IMG/VR virus record: IMGVR_UViG_3300042566_000389
Coordinates: 1 to 56,184 of that record
Length of the DNA: 56,184 nucleotides
Source of the DNA: a virus
Taxonomy: Duplodnaviria; Caudoviricetes
Reading direction: 5' to 3' (one strand)
In this document: piece after piece, positions 8,847 through 17,494 of the stretch
Numbering within the stretch: the first letter of the stretch is position 1
Layout of the letters: every line of letters starts with the position of its first letter
Position numbers and translations under genes: made by a program
The notes under the pieces: generated by a model
Told to the model about the DNA's origin: nothing
Seen by the model: the letters and a program-made list of their open reading frames with translations, nothing else
The model's database searches: none

Positions 8847-9041
8847 TTAAGAAGAATGAAGAGGCGACTCATCCCCTTCACGGAGTGAGGGGTGAGTTGC
8901 CGGGGTGTCGAGGGTTAACTGCCATTGGTAATGGGGGAAGTTGCCAACGTTGCTGCCGTTGCAAAGGCCGGTGATGACGTTGCCGATTGCATCATCCAGC
9001 TGCCAAAGCTCATCGACTTCGATGTTGATGGTGAGTTTCAT
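8847..9041 (-). CDS. Hypothetical protein
   Basis: GAGGGG RBS, ATGA coupling. Confidence 0.6.
   Translation of the reverse strand: MKLTINIEVDELWQLDDAIGNVITGLCNGSNVGNFPHYQWQLTLDTPATHPSLREGDESPLHSS
8863..8901 (-). promoter_or_regulatory. RNA hairpin upstream of RBS (RNase III-like processing site)
   Basis: GGCAACTCACCCCT..AGGGGATGAGTCGCC-TCT, same 3' arm as the 8138 and 11462 hairpins. Confidence 0.5.
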
Positions 9042-9328
9042 GTCTGACACCCCTCATAGACAGCTACGTTGCGAACAATCTGAACGCGGCTGGAAAGGTG
9101 AGGCATAGGCTGAGCTACGCCCGTTGCGAGATCGACCAGAAAGAATGGGCGCTCATCGTCATACAAACCATGCAACAGGCCAGGTCGGCCAGCTCGTTTG
9201 CCCTTCTCGTTGAATACAGAAACGAGATACAGCGCAGGCAACAACTCGCCGCATGAATCCGTAATGCGAACCACATCTCCAGCTTGTGCGTGGCAAAGCT
9301 TCGGTAATGCTGTGTTGATAACGATCAT
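9038..9328 (-). CDS. Hypothetical protein
   Basis: GAGGAG RBS, coupled. Confidence 0.7.
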   Translation of the reverse strand: MIVINTALPKLCHAQAGDVVRITDSCGELLPALYLVSVFNEKGKRAGRPGLLHGLYDDERPFFLVDLATGVAQPMPHLSSRVQIVRNVAVYEGCQT

Positions 9329-9489
9329 GTTGATTTCTCCTCGACAAAGACAACCTCAGCAAAGAGATCGTCGTAAGGCACGTTCTGATATGCCTTGGTT
9401 AACGCCTTGCGACCAGCATCAGCCTGGTCTTCGGCTTCGATGTCCATGTACACGGACGCTTCGTAGTGAACTTGCACGTTGAACTTCAT
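9325..9489 (-). CDS. Small acidic hypothetical protein
   Basis: AGGAGG RBS before MKFNVQVHY. Confidence 0.65.
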   Translation of the reverse strand: MKFNVQVHYEASVYMDIEAEDQADAGRKALTKAYQNVPYDDLFAEVVFVEEKST

Positions 9490-9689
9490 TCCATCCTCCT
9501 GTTGAAATACTTGGAGCACTCGACTGCTACGTTGTCGGTCATCTCAACCGTTCGGTAATACAGCCAGTCAGGCCCGTCGTTAAACGCTTCGTTGGCACGA
9601 CAGAACTCAGTTGCTCTTTGTTCTGTGGTGAATACTGCGATGTGCATGTCGCCATCCATGCCATCGTTAACGCATACGTACAGCTTCAT
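9486..9689 (-). CDS. Small hypothetical protein
   Basis: GGAGG RBS, coupled. Confidence 0.7.
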   Translation of the reverse strand: MKLYVCVNDGMDGDMHIAVFTTEQRATEFCRANEAFNDGPDWLYYRTVEMTDNVAVECSKYFNRRME

Positions 9690-10036
9690 TCCTCCACCTC
9701 CAATGGCCAGGCACGATCGCCATAACGATGCAGCCCAGAAGCCAACGCTGCTACATCAGCTGCTTCCATAGATTCGTAGAGGTACCCGTAGTGATGACCA
9801 GGAATCGTGCAATACCGATTGATCCAGTACGTCTTCTTGACTGGAGCCATGACGAATCTGTTTTTCATATCGTCGAGCGTTCGTACAGCGGGGAACTGAT
9901 CGTTCAATTGGTACATAACAGTCTTGGTTTGCTCATCAAACGCAATGACGCGTCCGATGGAACGTGCACCTGAGATAGTTGGATTGAACGAAATTTGTGC
10001 GCCAGCTAAAGCGGCTGTGAGATTGAAAGGTTTCAT
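9686..10036 (-). CDS. Hypothetical protein
   Basis: AAGGAG RBS; MKPFNLTAALAG N-terminus common in phage early proteins. Confidence 0.7.
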   Translation of the reverse strand: MKPFNLTAALAGAQISFNPTISGARSIGRVIAFDEQTKTVMYQLNDQFPAVRTLDDMKNRFVMAPVKKTYWINRYCTIPGHHYGYLYESMEAADVAALASGLHRYGDRAWPLEVEE

Positions 10037-10039
10037 GTG

Positions 10040-10354
10040 TTACTCCTTGAGGTCAGGGAAAGGGATCTTGGTTAACTCACCGATTTGCACCGGCTTCTTG
10101 CGGGTACTGCGTTCGATCTCGATCATGCGTTGGATCGAATGAGGGCGACCTGTCTCGGCGTTGATGTACCAAGGCGTGCCGCCTCCGCCACCTCCAGATG
10201 TGCCGCCGCCACCTCCAGCTCTGACCCGAACAACGTCTCGGCTGAGGATCTGCTGAAGAACTGTCATTTGCCGCCTCAGTTCTGATGGAGCAGTTGCAAC
10301 TGGTTCGTCGTTGTTTTGAAAGCTGTCTGTGATGGGGTTGTAATAAAGCGGCAT
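10040..10354 (-). CDS. Hypothetical protein with Gly linker
   Basis: AGGAGG RBS before MPLYYNP. Confidence 0.6.
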   Translation of the reverse strand: MPLYYNPITDSFQNNDEPVATAPSELRRQMTVLQQILSRDVVRVRAGGGGGTSGGGGGGTPWYINAETGRPHSIQRMIEIERSTRKKPVQIGELTKIPFPDLKE

Positions 10355-10412
10355 GCTTCCTCCTTGCACGGAAAGATCCAGCGATACGGCAGCGCTGGTA
10401 TTGAGAGTGAAT

Positions 10413-10457
10413 CGCAAGTGCGGAGCGCTGAAAAGAACTCAACACTCCGCACCTGCG
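10413..10457 (-). promoter_or_regulatory. Long intergenic RNA hairpin
   Basis: GCAGGTGCGGAGTGTTGA / TCAGCGCTCCGCACTTGC, an 18-bp stem including GU pairs. Confidence 0.55.
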
Positions 10458-10459
10458 TG

Positions 10460-10651
10460 TTAGACGAACAGAGAGAAAGACAAAAACAAAACTACGATTG
10501 ACGCCAGACCGAGCAGTCCACCCAAGACAACCTTGACTGGGTGAATACGCTCAGGTTCGTAAGGCACATAGCCTCGATCGAACTCACGGATGGAGCGACC
10601 TGCGAAGTTGGGTGAAGAAAGATCAGGGTGATGTTTAGGCCAGTTGCTCAT
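10460..10651 (-). CDS. Small protein with C-terminal TM helix
   Basis: GGAG RBS; hydrophobic VVLGGLLGLASIVVLFLSFSLFV. Confidence 0.65.
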   Translation of the reverse strand: MSNWPKHHPDLSSPNFAGRSIREFDRGYVPYEPERIHPVKVVLGGLLGLASIVVLFLSFSLFV

Positions 10652-10740
10652 GGTTGAACTCCAAAGTAAGCGAGAAGGGTTGCGACGGCGGCGAGCTTGA
10701 TGGTGAGAAGAACCAAGATCTCGGTGATTTCTGCGTTCAT
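10648..10740 (-). CDS. 30-aa hydrophobic membrane peptide
   Basis: GGAG RBS; MNAEITEILVLLTIKLAAVATLLAYFGVQP; coupled to next gene. Confidence 0.55.
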   Translation of the reverse strand: MNAEITEILVLLTIKLAAVATLLAYFGVQP

Positions 10741-10852
10741 ATTAACTCCATTGGTTGATACTGCAACAGTACTGCTGATACTCGAAGGTGCAAAGAGCCG
10801 GAAACCCTTGGCGCAAAACACCTCCGATGTATCGAGAACACGTAGAGGAGAA

Positions 10853-11194
10853 CTACTGCTGCTTGTTAGAAGTGAAGTGAGCACGAAGAAGAGCGACAGC
10901 CTCGTGAACCTTAGCGTCATGTGTCTTGGCAAGTCCCAAGAGAGCCAAAGCTTCAAGCACCTTGGTTGACATCTCCAGTTCACCGCAAGTCATGCGTGTG
11001 AGTACGCGACCTCCAGTATTCTTGAGATGCTCTTTATCCCGCTTAGATGCAGGAGCGTTACGGATGATGCACGATGCTTCCCAGGACGTGGTTGGCATCT
11101 CGTTAATGGAGATGAGGCTGCGATCAATCAGAGCGTTGATGCGGTTGATCTGAGCTTGTGTAGCTGCGCGAACGGTGTTGTTTTCGATAGTCAT
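10853..11194 (-). CDS. Hypothetical protein with two AT.AQ..T..EAS-like repeats
   Basis: GGAG RBS before MTIENN. Confidence 0.65.
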   Translation of the reverse strand: MTIENNTVRAATQAQINRINALIDRSLISINEMPTTSWEASCIIRNAPASKRDKEHLKNTGGRVLTRMTCGELEMSTKVLEALALLGLAKTHDAKVHEAVALLRAHFTSNKQQ

Positions 11195-11236
11195 GATAAG
11201 AACTCCAGGTAGTTGAGAGGTAAAAAGAAAGAAAGA

Positions 11237-11277
11237 AGCAACTGCCCCCTTCAAAGCGAAGCGTGGGGGCAGGTGCT
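11237..11277 (-). promoter_or_regulatory. Hairpin with conserved 15-nt loop (copy 2)
   Basis: CTGCCCCC-ACGCTTCGCTTTGAA-GGGGGCAG followed by a pyrimidine tract. Confidence 0.65.
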
Positions 11278-11288
11278 GGTGAGGAGAG

Positions 11289-11438
11289 TTACTGCTGTAG
11301 ATCGAAAAGAAACTGGTTGTAAGGCTCAGAGTCAACAGGAAGAACCGCGAAGTCATCAGACATGTGATTCATCTCCTCCAGTTCCTCTGCGTAACACCAA
11401 GTTCCATCAGCCCATACAAGAATGTCTTCGCTGTTCAT
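11289..11438 (-). CDS. 49-aa highly acidic protein, first gene of the accessory operon (absent from the ORF track)
   Basis: AAGGAG RBS; MNSEDILVWADGTWCYAEELEEMNHMSDDFAVLPVDSEPYNQFLFDLQQ. Confidence 0.7.
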   Translation of the reverse strand: MNSEDILVWADGTWCYAEELEEMNHMSDDFAVLPVDSEPYNQFLFDLQQ

Positions 11439-11461
11439 ATCAAACTCCTTTAGAAAATAGA

Positions 11462-11503
11462 GGCGACCACCTCCTTCAAAGCGAAGCGTGGAGGTGGTTA
11501 GCC
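11462..11503 (-). promoter_or_regulatory. Hairpin with conserved 15-nt loop (copy 1)
   Basis: ACCACCTCC-ACGCTTCGCTTTGAA-GGAGGTGGT-CGCCTCT, then AAGGAG. Confidence 0.65.
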
Positions 11504-12129
11504 GGAGGGGAAATCTGGGAGGAGTCAGTGAAGGAAAAGGCTAGGAAAATCAGAGAGGTATGCAACGATTAACAGACGCGAGACCGAGATCTGGAGAAGC
11601 GACATCTCATCCCCCGAGTGACAATAAAGGGAAATGCGTCACATATCTGGTACAGAAAGCCCCGAAACCCGCATTAATGCTGGCTGAGCTACTGATTAGT
11701 AGCCAGTAAACGTATAGGAACAGCCCTGATCTCCGACATGGCACCCCGGTACGGGCCAATGAACGATCGGTACGGGGGTAGTGAGGCTCCAGCTGTATCA
11801 CCTACACACGCACGTGACTCATCTTTCACAGACCTGTACACAAATCACGCTTTTCTGTACACATCACCCGGGACATGTACAAAAAACGCTGTTTTATCGA
11901 CACGTCGTGTAACTTATAAGTTACCGTAATGCCTGTTTGTGTACCTTATATGTTGCATTTCACCAGATATGGCAGCGGAAAGAGAGCAATCGAGTATCGC
12001 GACTGCACTCTCGCTGCCGTTTTCCCTTCGGGAGTTGGACTTTGACAGGAAGGTCACCCCCGTCTGGGGCGCAGGAGCGTGATACCGGGGGTATTAACGG
12101 TACCTACGCTGTATTATTCAAACGATATG

Positions 12130-12138
12130 TGCTATTAT
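12130..12138 (+). promoter_or_regulatory. Candidate extended -10 promoter for the tRNA/late transcript
   Basis: TGcTATTAT in an AT-rich patch upstream of a structured leader and the tRNA. Confidence 0.35.
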
Positions 12139-12256
12139 TCAGCTAATCTTGCACAATACTGTGCATATCTAGCATCGAATAGAACCCCTCACGCCTCTTT
12201 ACTGTGATACGCGCCCATGATCGGGACGGAAACGCGCACCCCGAGGGGTCTTTTAT

Positions 12257-12331
12257 TGCGGAGTGGCGCAGCAGCAGCGCACCGGACTCATAATCCGGGG
12301 GTCGGAGGTGCAATTCCTTCCTCCGCAACCA
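12257..12331 (+). tRNA. tRNA with CAT anticodon (Met or Ile2)
   Basis: Acceptor TGCGGAG/CTCCGCA + ACCA, D stem GCGC/GCGC, anticodon arm CCGGA-CTCATAA-TCCGG, T arm GGAGG-TGCAATT-CCTTC. Confidence 0.88.
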
Positions 12332-12374
12332 GGAAACACGGCTCCAGCCTCTGCGTTTTGTACGCTGGAGTTCT

Positions 12375-13088
12375 CTATGCAGTTTCCAGCAGGCGCTCCA
12401 AAGCCTGTTTTACCTGAGTGACACCGCCAGATACCGGCGTGTAGGGCACCTTCGAAGCTTTCAAGACCGCATCGTGCGCATGGGAGAGGAATCCCACCAT
12501 GCCGATCGCCGCGTCTGCATGCGCGAGCATGGACTTCAAGGTGTCGTTGGACTGATCCTTCGACCAGAACCGTATATCGAGCTTGTCTTCAAAGGCGGCT
12601 TCAATCGTTTTGGCTTGGGAGTTGAGCGTTCCAGCGACGATCACCCGCGGCAGTTTCACTCGACTGGGATGCGCCATCCGTCTGATGGCGGGAAGCGAAG
12701 AGATGGGGCTGTCGTTAAACAGGCTCACCAACTCCGGCTCTCTCATGGCGCTCCTGATGGCCTTAGCCAGGATCTTGCCGACAAACGCGGCAATGACATC
12801 CTCCAGGTCATCACGGGCTTTTTGTTCAGTGTGCTGAACCGCCTGCTGGAGTTTTTCTTCGCACGAATCTTTCTGCTGGTGTTCCATCTCTCGGATCCTG
12901 GCGGGTACACCGTCGGTGAACCAGGGTACCTGGGACAGGGCGGCGATAGTTCTGCGCCGGTCTTTCGGGATCGCCTGCTGAGCGTTGATCAGAGCTTCTC
13001 GAGTCGAGAACACTTGCTTGGCCATCATGGCGGTGGCGGCGTGGTTGATAAGAGCGTTTCGCTCTTCCTCTGTCCATCGAATACGCAT
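12375..13088 (-). CDS. Protein with C-terminal DUF2325-like domain
   Basis: GGAG RBS; VIVAG..ADAAIGMVGFLSH..K..KVPY..GG pattern. Confidence 0.6.
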   Translation of the reverse strand: MRIRWTEEERNALINHAATAMMAKQVFSTREALINAQQAIPKDRRRTIAALSQVPWFTDGVPARIREMEHQQKDSCEEKLQQAVQHTEQKARDDLEDVIAAFVGKILAKAIRSAMREPELVSLFNDSPISSLPAIRRMAHPSRVKLPRVIVAGTLNSQAKTIEAAFEDKLDIRFWSKDQSNDTLKSMLAHADAAIGMVGFLSHAHDAVLKASKVPYTPVSGGVTQVKQALERLLETA

Positions 13089-13182
13089 CGTTTCTCCGTT
13101 GGCTAGGTATATCAGCGTACCGAATTCTCCTTATTTTTGTTTGTAGTCAATAAGCTCAAAAGACTCTTAAAGGTTAACGCCC

Positions 13183-13449
13183 GTGCTCTCCAAAGATCAA
13201 CTGCAGAAATTTCTAAACCAATTTGAAGTCTTGCGCGGGATCACGGTCGATTACGAAAGTGATATCAAGCAGGCGCTTGCACCGCAGGTGGTTTTGCTGA
13301 CCGGCATGGTCAACATCAACGGCACGCCTCACATGTTCGAGGCGGAACTGAACCTCAACGAATTCCAATCACAGAAAGACCTGACACGGCTCGCTGGCGC
13401 AATGCTCAAAGCGTTCGACCAGGCAGGCGTAGAGACACTAGGAAAATAA
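13183..13449 (+). CDS. Hypothetical protein
   Basis: GTG start; abuts terS. Confidence 0.6.
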   Translation: MLSKDQLQKFLNQFEVLRGITVDYESDIKQALAPQVVLLTGMVNINGTPHMFEAELNLNEFQSQKDLTRLAGAMLKAFDQAGVETLGK

Positions 13450-13683
13450 ATGGCAGCACGTAAAAAGATCCGGCACGACGACAACACCCGCTTGAAGATT
13501 CAGGCAGCTCAGTTGATCAATCGTCTGACGGCCCACGCAAACGGTGAGGTCGAACTCAGTTCCACCCAGGTGCGTGCGATCGAAGTGCTGCTGCGCAAGA
13601 CACTGCCTGACCTTTCTGACGTTCGGATGGATGTCGAGTCCGCTCCGATCACATTCCAACTTGATCTCGGCGGGAAGAAGTAG
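13450..13683 (+). CDS. terS: Terminase small subunit
   Basis: KIQAAQLINRL..LSSTQVRAIEVLLRKTLPDL; directly upstream of terL. Confidence 0.75.
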   Translation: MAARKKIRHDDNTRLKIQAAQLINRLTAHANGEVELSSTQVRAIEVLLRKTLPDLSDVRMDVESAPITFQLDLGGKK

Positions 13684-15110
13684 TGGATGTCATTTCATAC
13701 AAACCTCCTGGCCCGGTTGCAGCCGCCTTCCATCAAGACGACAGTTTTGTGCGTGGGCTTATGGGGCCTGTTGGTTCGGGTAAGAGTTCATCTTGCTGTG
13801 TGGAAATCGTGGCAAGAGCTTTGCGACAAGCTCCGTCACCCGATGGAGTAAGGCGCTCCCGATGGCTGGTGATGCGCAATACCTATCCAGAACTGAAGTC
13901 CACAACAATCAAGACCTGGGAGACCTGGTTCCCCAGCAACGTGGCTCCGTTCAAGTGGGACACACCGATCACGTCCACGATGAAGATCTCCGATATTGGG
14001 GACGGCACAGCGATGGAACTCGAGGTGATGTTCATGGCGCTGGATCGCCCAACGGAAACAGGAAAGCTGCGCTCGTTGGAATTGACCGGCGCCTGGATCA
14101 ACGAAGCCTCGGAGATTCCAAAAGAGATCTTTGATATGGTCACCCAGCGGGTGGGTCGTTACCCATCCAAGCTAGTCGGTGGCCCGAGCTGGTGCGGCAT
14201 CATCCTGGACACCAACCCGTGTGATGACGATCACTGGTACTACAAAATCGCTGAAGAAGAGCAGCCGCCCGAGTGGAAGTTTTTCCGCCAGGCTGGTGGT
14301 CTATACCTCGAGAACAGCGTCTACGTTCCGAACCCGGATGCAGAGAACATCTTCAACCTGCCGGGCGGTTATGAGTACTACCTTCGCCAGCTGACCTCCA
14401 AGCCGGAGGACTGGATCAACGTGTTCCTGTTGGGGAACTATGGATCCACGAAAGATGGCAAGCCTGTTTACCCTGAGTACAACGACAAGATCCACTGCCT
14501 GACGAAGAACGTCGAGGCTGAGCGCGGTCTGCCGATCGTCCTGGGGTGGGACTTTGGACTGACCCCGGCTTGCGTCATCATGCAAGTAACAGCACGTGGA
14601 AAAGTTATCGTGCTGGATGAAGTCATATCAGAAGACATGGGTATCCGTCAGTTTGCAAACGACATGGTGAAACCCCTGCTGATGAACAAATATGGCGGCT
14701 TCACTGTGTACTCCGCCGGTGACCCCGCTGGAAACATCAGGGCGCAAACGGATGAACGCACCTGTCTGCAGGAGCTGCTTGAAGCTGGCATTGCCACCGA
14801 GCCTGCTGGGACAAACGACTTCATTCCGCGGCGTGAAGCTGTCGCTTTCTTCATGACGAAGATGGCAGATGGCGAACCAGCATTTCTGTTGAATCCGCGC
14901 TGCACCACCATCCGTAAGGGTTTGGGTGGGCGCTACAAGTACGAACGCCTGAAGACAACAGGCAACGCCAGATACAAAGACAGGCCAGTCAAGGACATCT
15001 ACTCGCACATTCAAGATGCCCTGCAGTACGCCTGCTTGCGAGTGCGTAGTGGGCTGACCCCGGCAAGGGCAAGGCATGTGACCAAAAAATCCGCACGTGG
15101 ATGGACATGA
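13683..15110 (+). CDS. terL: Terminase large subunit
   Basis: Walker A GPVGSGKS, WINEASE, DTNP, nuclease GWDFGLTP and HIQDALQY. Confidence 0.95.
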   Translation: MDVISYKPPGPVAAAFHQDDSFVRGLMGPVGSGKSSSCCVEIVARALRQAPSPDGVRRSRWLVMRNTYPELKSTTIKTWETWFPSNVAPFKWDTPITSTMKISDIGDGTAMELEVMFMALDRPTETGKLRSLELTGAWINEASEIPKEIFDMVTQRVGRYPSKLVGGPSWCGIILDTNPCDDDHWYYKIAEEEQPPEWKFFRQAGGLYLENSVYVPNPDAENIFNLPGGYEYYLRQLTSKPEDWINVFLLGNYGSTKDGKPVYPEYNDKIHCLTKNVEAERGLPIVLGWDFGLTPACVIMQVTARGKVIVLDEVISEDMGIRQFANDMVKPLLMNKYGGFTVYSAGDPAGNIRAQTDERTCLQELLEAGIATEPAGTNDFIPRREAVAFFMTKMADGEPAFLLNPRCTTIRKGLGGRYKYERLKTTGNARYKDRPVKDIYSHIQDALQYACLRVRSGLTPARARHVTKKSARGWT

Positions 15111-15115
15111 ACTGA

Positions 15116-17212
15116 ATGAGTTATCTCAACAACAAACCTGAAGTCGAAGTCGATGTCTCAGAGAATGGGGCATTGGAGGACAACTCCAGCTTCGAGACCA
15201 ACCTTGCCTCTTATGTGCGCAAGTGCTGGGAGCAAGCGAAGGTAGCGCGTGCTGAGATCACTGAGCGTCTGCTCAAGTGTGAGCGCCAGCGCCGCGGGGT
15301 CTATGACCCTGACAAGGCTTCAGAGATTGCCAGGATGGGCGGCTCCGACATCTACATGATGCTCACGGACGTGAAGTGCCGTGCGGCTGAATCGTGGATC
15401 CGGGACGTAATGTTTGGCCAGCAGGATCGGGTATTTGACCTGACGCCATCCAACAGCCCACAGATGCCGCCAGAGATGCAACAAGCGATTGTTGACCTGG
15501 TGCGCACAGAAGCGGAGCAGTACGTCAACCAGGACGGCGGTGAGCTGCATCCTGAGACGTTCCGTGCTCGCATGGAAGAAGTGCATGAAATGATCATGCA
15601 ACGCCTGAAGACTGAAGCGGAAGATGCCGCTCGTCGTATGGGCGACAAGATTGAAGATCAGCTGGTCGAGGGCAAGTTTGAGCCATCGCTCAAGACGTTC
15701 ATCACGGACTTCGTGACGTTCCCTACCGCCATCATGAAAGGCCCAACGGTCAAGCGCCGCAAGGTCATGAAGTGGGGGCCGAACTTCCAGCCGATCGTGA
15801 GTACAGAGTTCTTACGGGAGTGTGAGCGGGTATCGCCTTACGATGCCTATCCCTCTCCGTCGTCAACAGGTGTGGATGATGGGTATTTCATTCATCGTCA
15901 TCGCCTGTCACGTGCCTCGCTTGACGCATTGCGTGGCACACCTGGTGTGGACGAGGACGCACTTCAGACGGTGATAGAGCGTCACGGCAAGAGCGGCTAT
16001 CGGTCGTTTCAAGCTGGTGACACTGAGCGCCGTCACCTCGAAGGTAAACCGTTCCGCACCCCGATCAACGAGGATCAGATTGAGACCTTGGAGTTCTGGG
16101 GTTCGGTGAATGGCCAGTGGTTGCTCGAGTGGGGCCTGGATGATCCAACGATCCGTCCTGACCGCGAGTACGAGGTCAACCTCTGGTGGACAGCCAATTT
16201 GGTTTGGAAGTGCATTCTGAATCCAGACCCGCTTGGCCATCGTCCCTACGACATCAGCAGCTGGGAAGAAGTTCCACACAGCTTCTGGGGTATCGCCCTG
16301 CCTGAGATCATGCGTGATACACAAGTGATGTGTAACGCAGCCGCTCGCAGCTTGGCGAACAACATGGGTATCGCCTCCGGCCCTCAGGTTGAGGTCACGG
16401 TCGATCGCTTGCCTGATGGTGAGGATCTGTCGGACATCTACCCCTGGAAGATCTGGCAGGTGACATCCGACCGTACTGGTGGTGGTCAGCCAGCCGTCAG
16501 GTTCTTCCAGCCGAACATGAACGCAGATGTGTTGATGTCGGTGTTCCAGAACTTTGCACGCCAGGCCGATGAAGTTACGGGCATTCCGAACTATGTGTAC
16601 GGTTCGAGCAACGTCAGTGGAGCGGGGCGTACTGCTAGTGGACTTTCGATGCTGATGGATAACGCATCAAAAGGTATTAAACAAGCAGTAGCAAACATTG
16701 ATAAAATAGTTTCTGGCATTGTGCAGAGACTATATCTGCATAACATGATGTACGACTCAGATCCGTACATCAAAGGCGACTACAAGGTGGTTGCCAAAGG
16801 CGCGATCGGCCTCATCCACAAAGAGGCACTGCAGATCCGCCGTAACGAGTTCCTGGTTGCTACCGCGAATCCTGTCGATCTACAGATCGTCGGGCAAGAA
16901 GGCCGCGCCTACCTCCTGCGTGAGGCTGCTCGTGGCTTACAGATGGATACGAGCAAGCTGGTTCCAAATCCAAGCGAGATGGAAGAGCAGCGTATCCAGC
17001 AGATGGCGCAAGGTCTGGCACAACAGATGGTTGAGCAGCTCATGCAGCAGCAACAGCAGCAAGCTCTGCCACCCGCGGCTCCAGCTGAACCTCCTCCAGG
17101 CCCTCCGCCCGGCCCAGCCCCAATGGCAATGGCTGACGGTGGTGAGGTTGACGTAGCTCCAGAAGTACTCGATCGATATTTAGCGTCTGTCGTAATGCGC
17201 GACGCAATGTAA
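15116..17212 (+). CDS. Portal protein
   Basis: 698 aa after terL; podoviral portal motifs (FWGIALPE, RTASGLSMLM); Q/P-rich tail. Confidence 0.9.
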   Translation: MSYLNNKPEVEVDVSENGALEDNSSFETNLASYVRKCWEQAKVARAEITERLLKCERQRRGVYDPDKASEIARMGGSDIYMMLTDVKCRAAESWIRDVMFGQQDRVFDLTPSNSPQMPPEMQQAIVDLVRTEAEQYVNQDGGELHPETFRARMEEVHEMIMQRLKTEAEDAARRMGDKIEDQLVEGKFEPSLKTFITDFVTFPTAIMKGPTVKRRKVMKWGPNFQPIVSTEFLRECERVSPYDAYPSPSSTGVDDGYFIHRHRLSRASLDALRGTPGVDEDALQTVIERHGKSGYRSFQAGDTERRHLEGKPFRTPINEDQIETLEFWGSVNGQWLLEWGLDDPTIRPDREYEVNLWWTANLVWKCILNPDPLGHRPYDISSWEEVPHSFWGIALPEIMRDTQVMCNAAARSLANNMGIASGPQVEVTVDRLPDGEDLSDIYPWKIWQVTSDRTGGGQPAVRFFQPNMNADVLMSVFQNFARQADEVTGIPNYVYGSSNVSGAGRTASGLSMLMDNASKGIKQAVANIDKIVSGIVQRLYLHNMMYDSDPYIKGDYKVVAKGAIGLIHKEALQIRRNEFLVATANPVDLQIVGQEGRAYLLREAARGLQMDTSKLVPNPSEMEEQRIQQMAQGLAQQMVEQLMQQQQQQALPPAAPAEPPPGPPPGPAPMAMADGGEVDVAPEVLDRYLASVVMRDAM

Positions 17213-17221
17213 GGAGCCAAG

Positions 17222-17494
17222 ATGGCCAAGCTATTCCAGGGTAAAGACGACAAGGCAGAAGAGATGGCGGAAGCCAAAGCCTTGAAGAACGGCAAGATCA
17301 CCAAGGGCGATTACGTCAAGGGTGAGACTTCTGAAGGTCATAGCAAGGGCGCTGCGAAGAAGGCCGACATGATCAAGAAAGGCAAGATGACTCCAGCCCA
17401 GTACGCCGCAGGCGAGGGCAAGGAACGCAAGATGGCTGATGGCGGCATGGTCTGCACAGGCTATCGCTCGGCTCAAGACTACGGGAAGAAATAA
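17222..17494 (+). CDS. Small basic virion-associated protein with MADGG motif
   Basis: AAGGAG RBS; K-rich internal repeat; KMADGGMV. Confidence 0.7.
   Translation: MAKLFQGKDDKAEEMAEAKALKNGKITKGDYVKGETSEGHSKGAAKKADMIKKGKMTPAQYAAGEGKERKMADGGMVCTGYRSAQDYGKK

Noticed and set aside
11237-11503. Repeat-spacer-repeat resembling a mini CRISPR array
   Set aside because: Only about 19 nt are shared, the spacer is about 200 nt and coding, and there are no cas genes or CRISPR repeat ends
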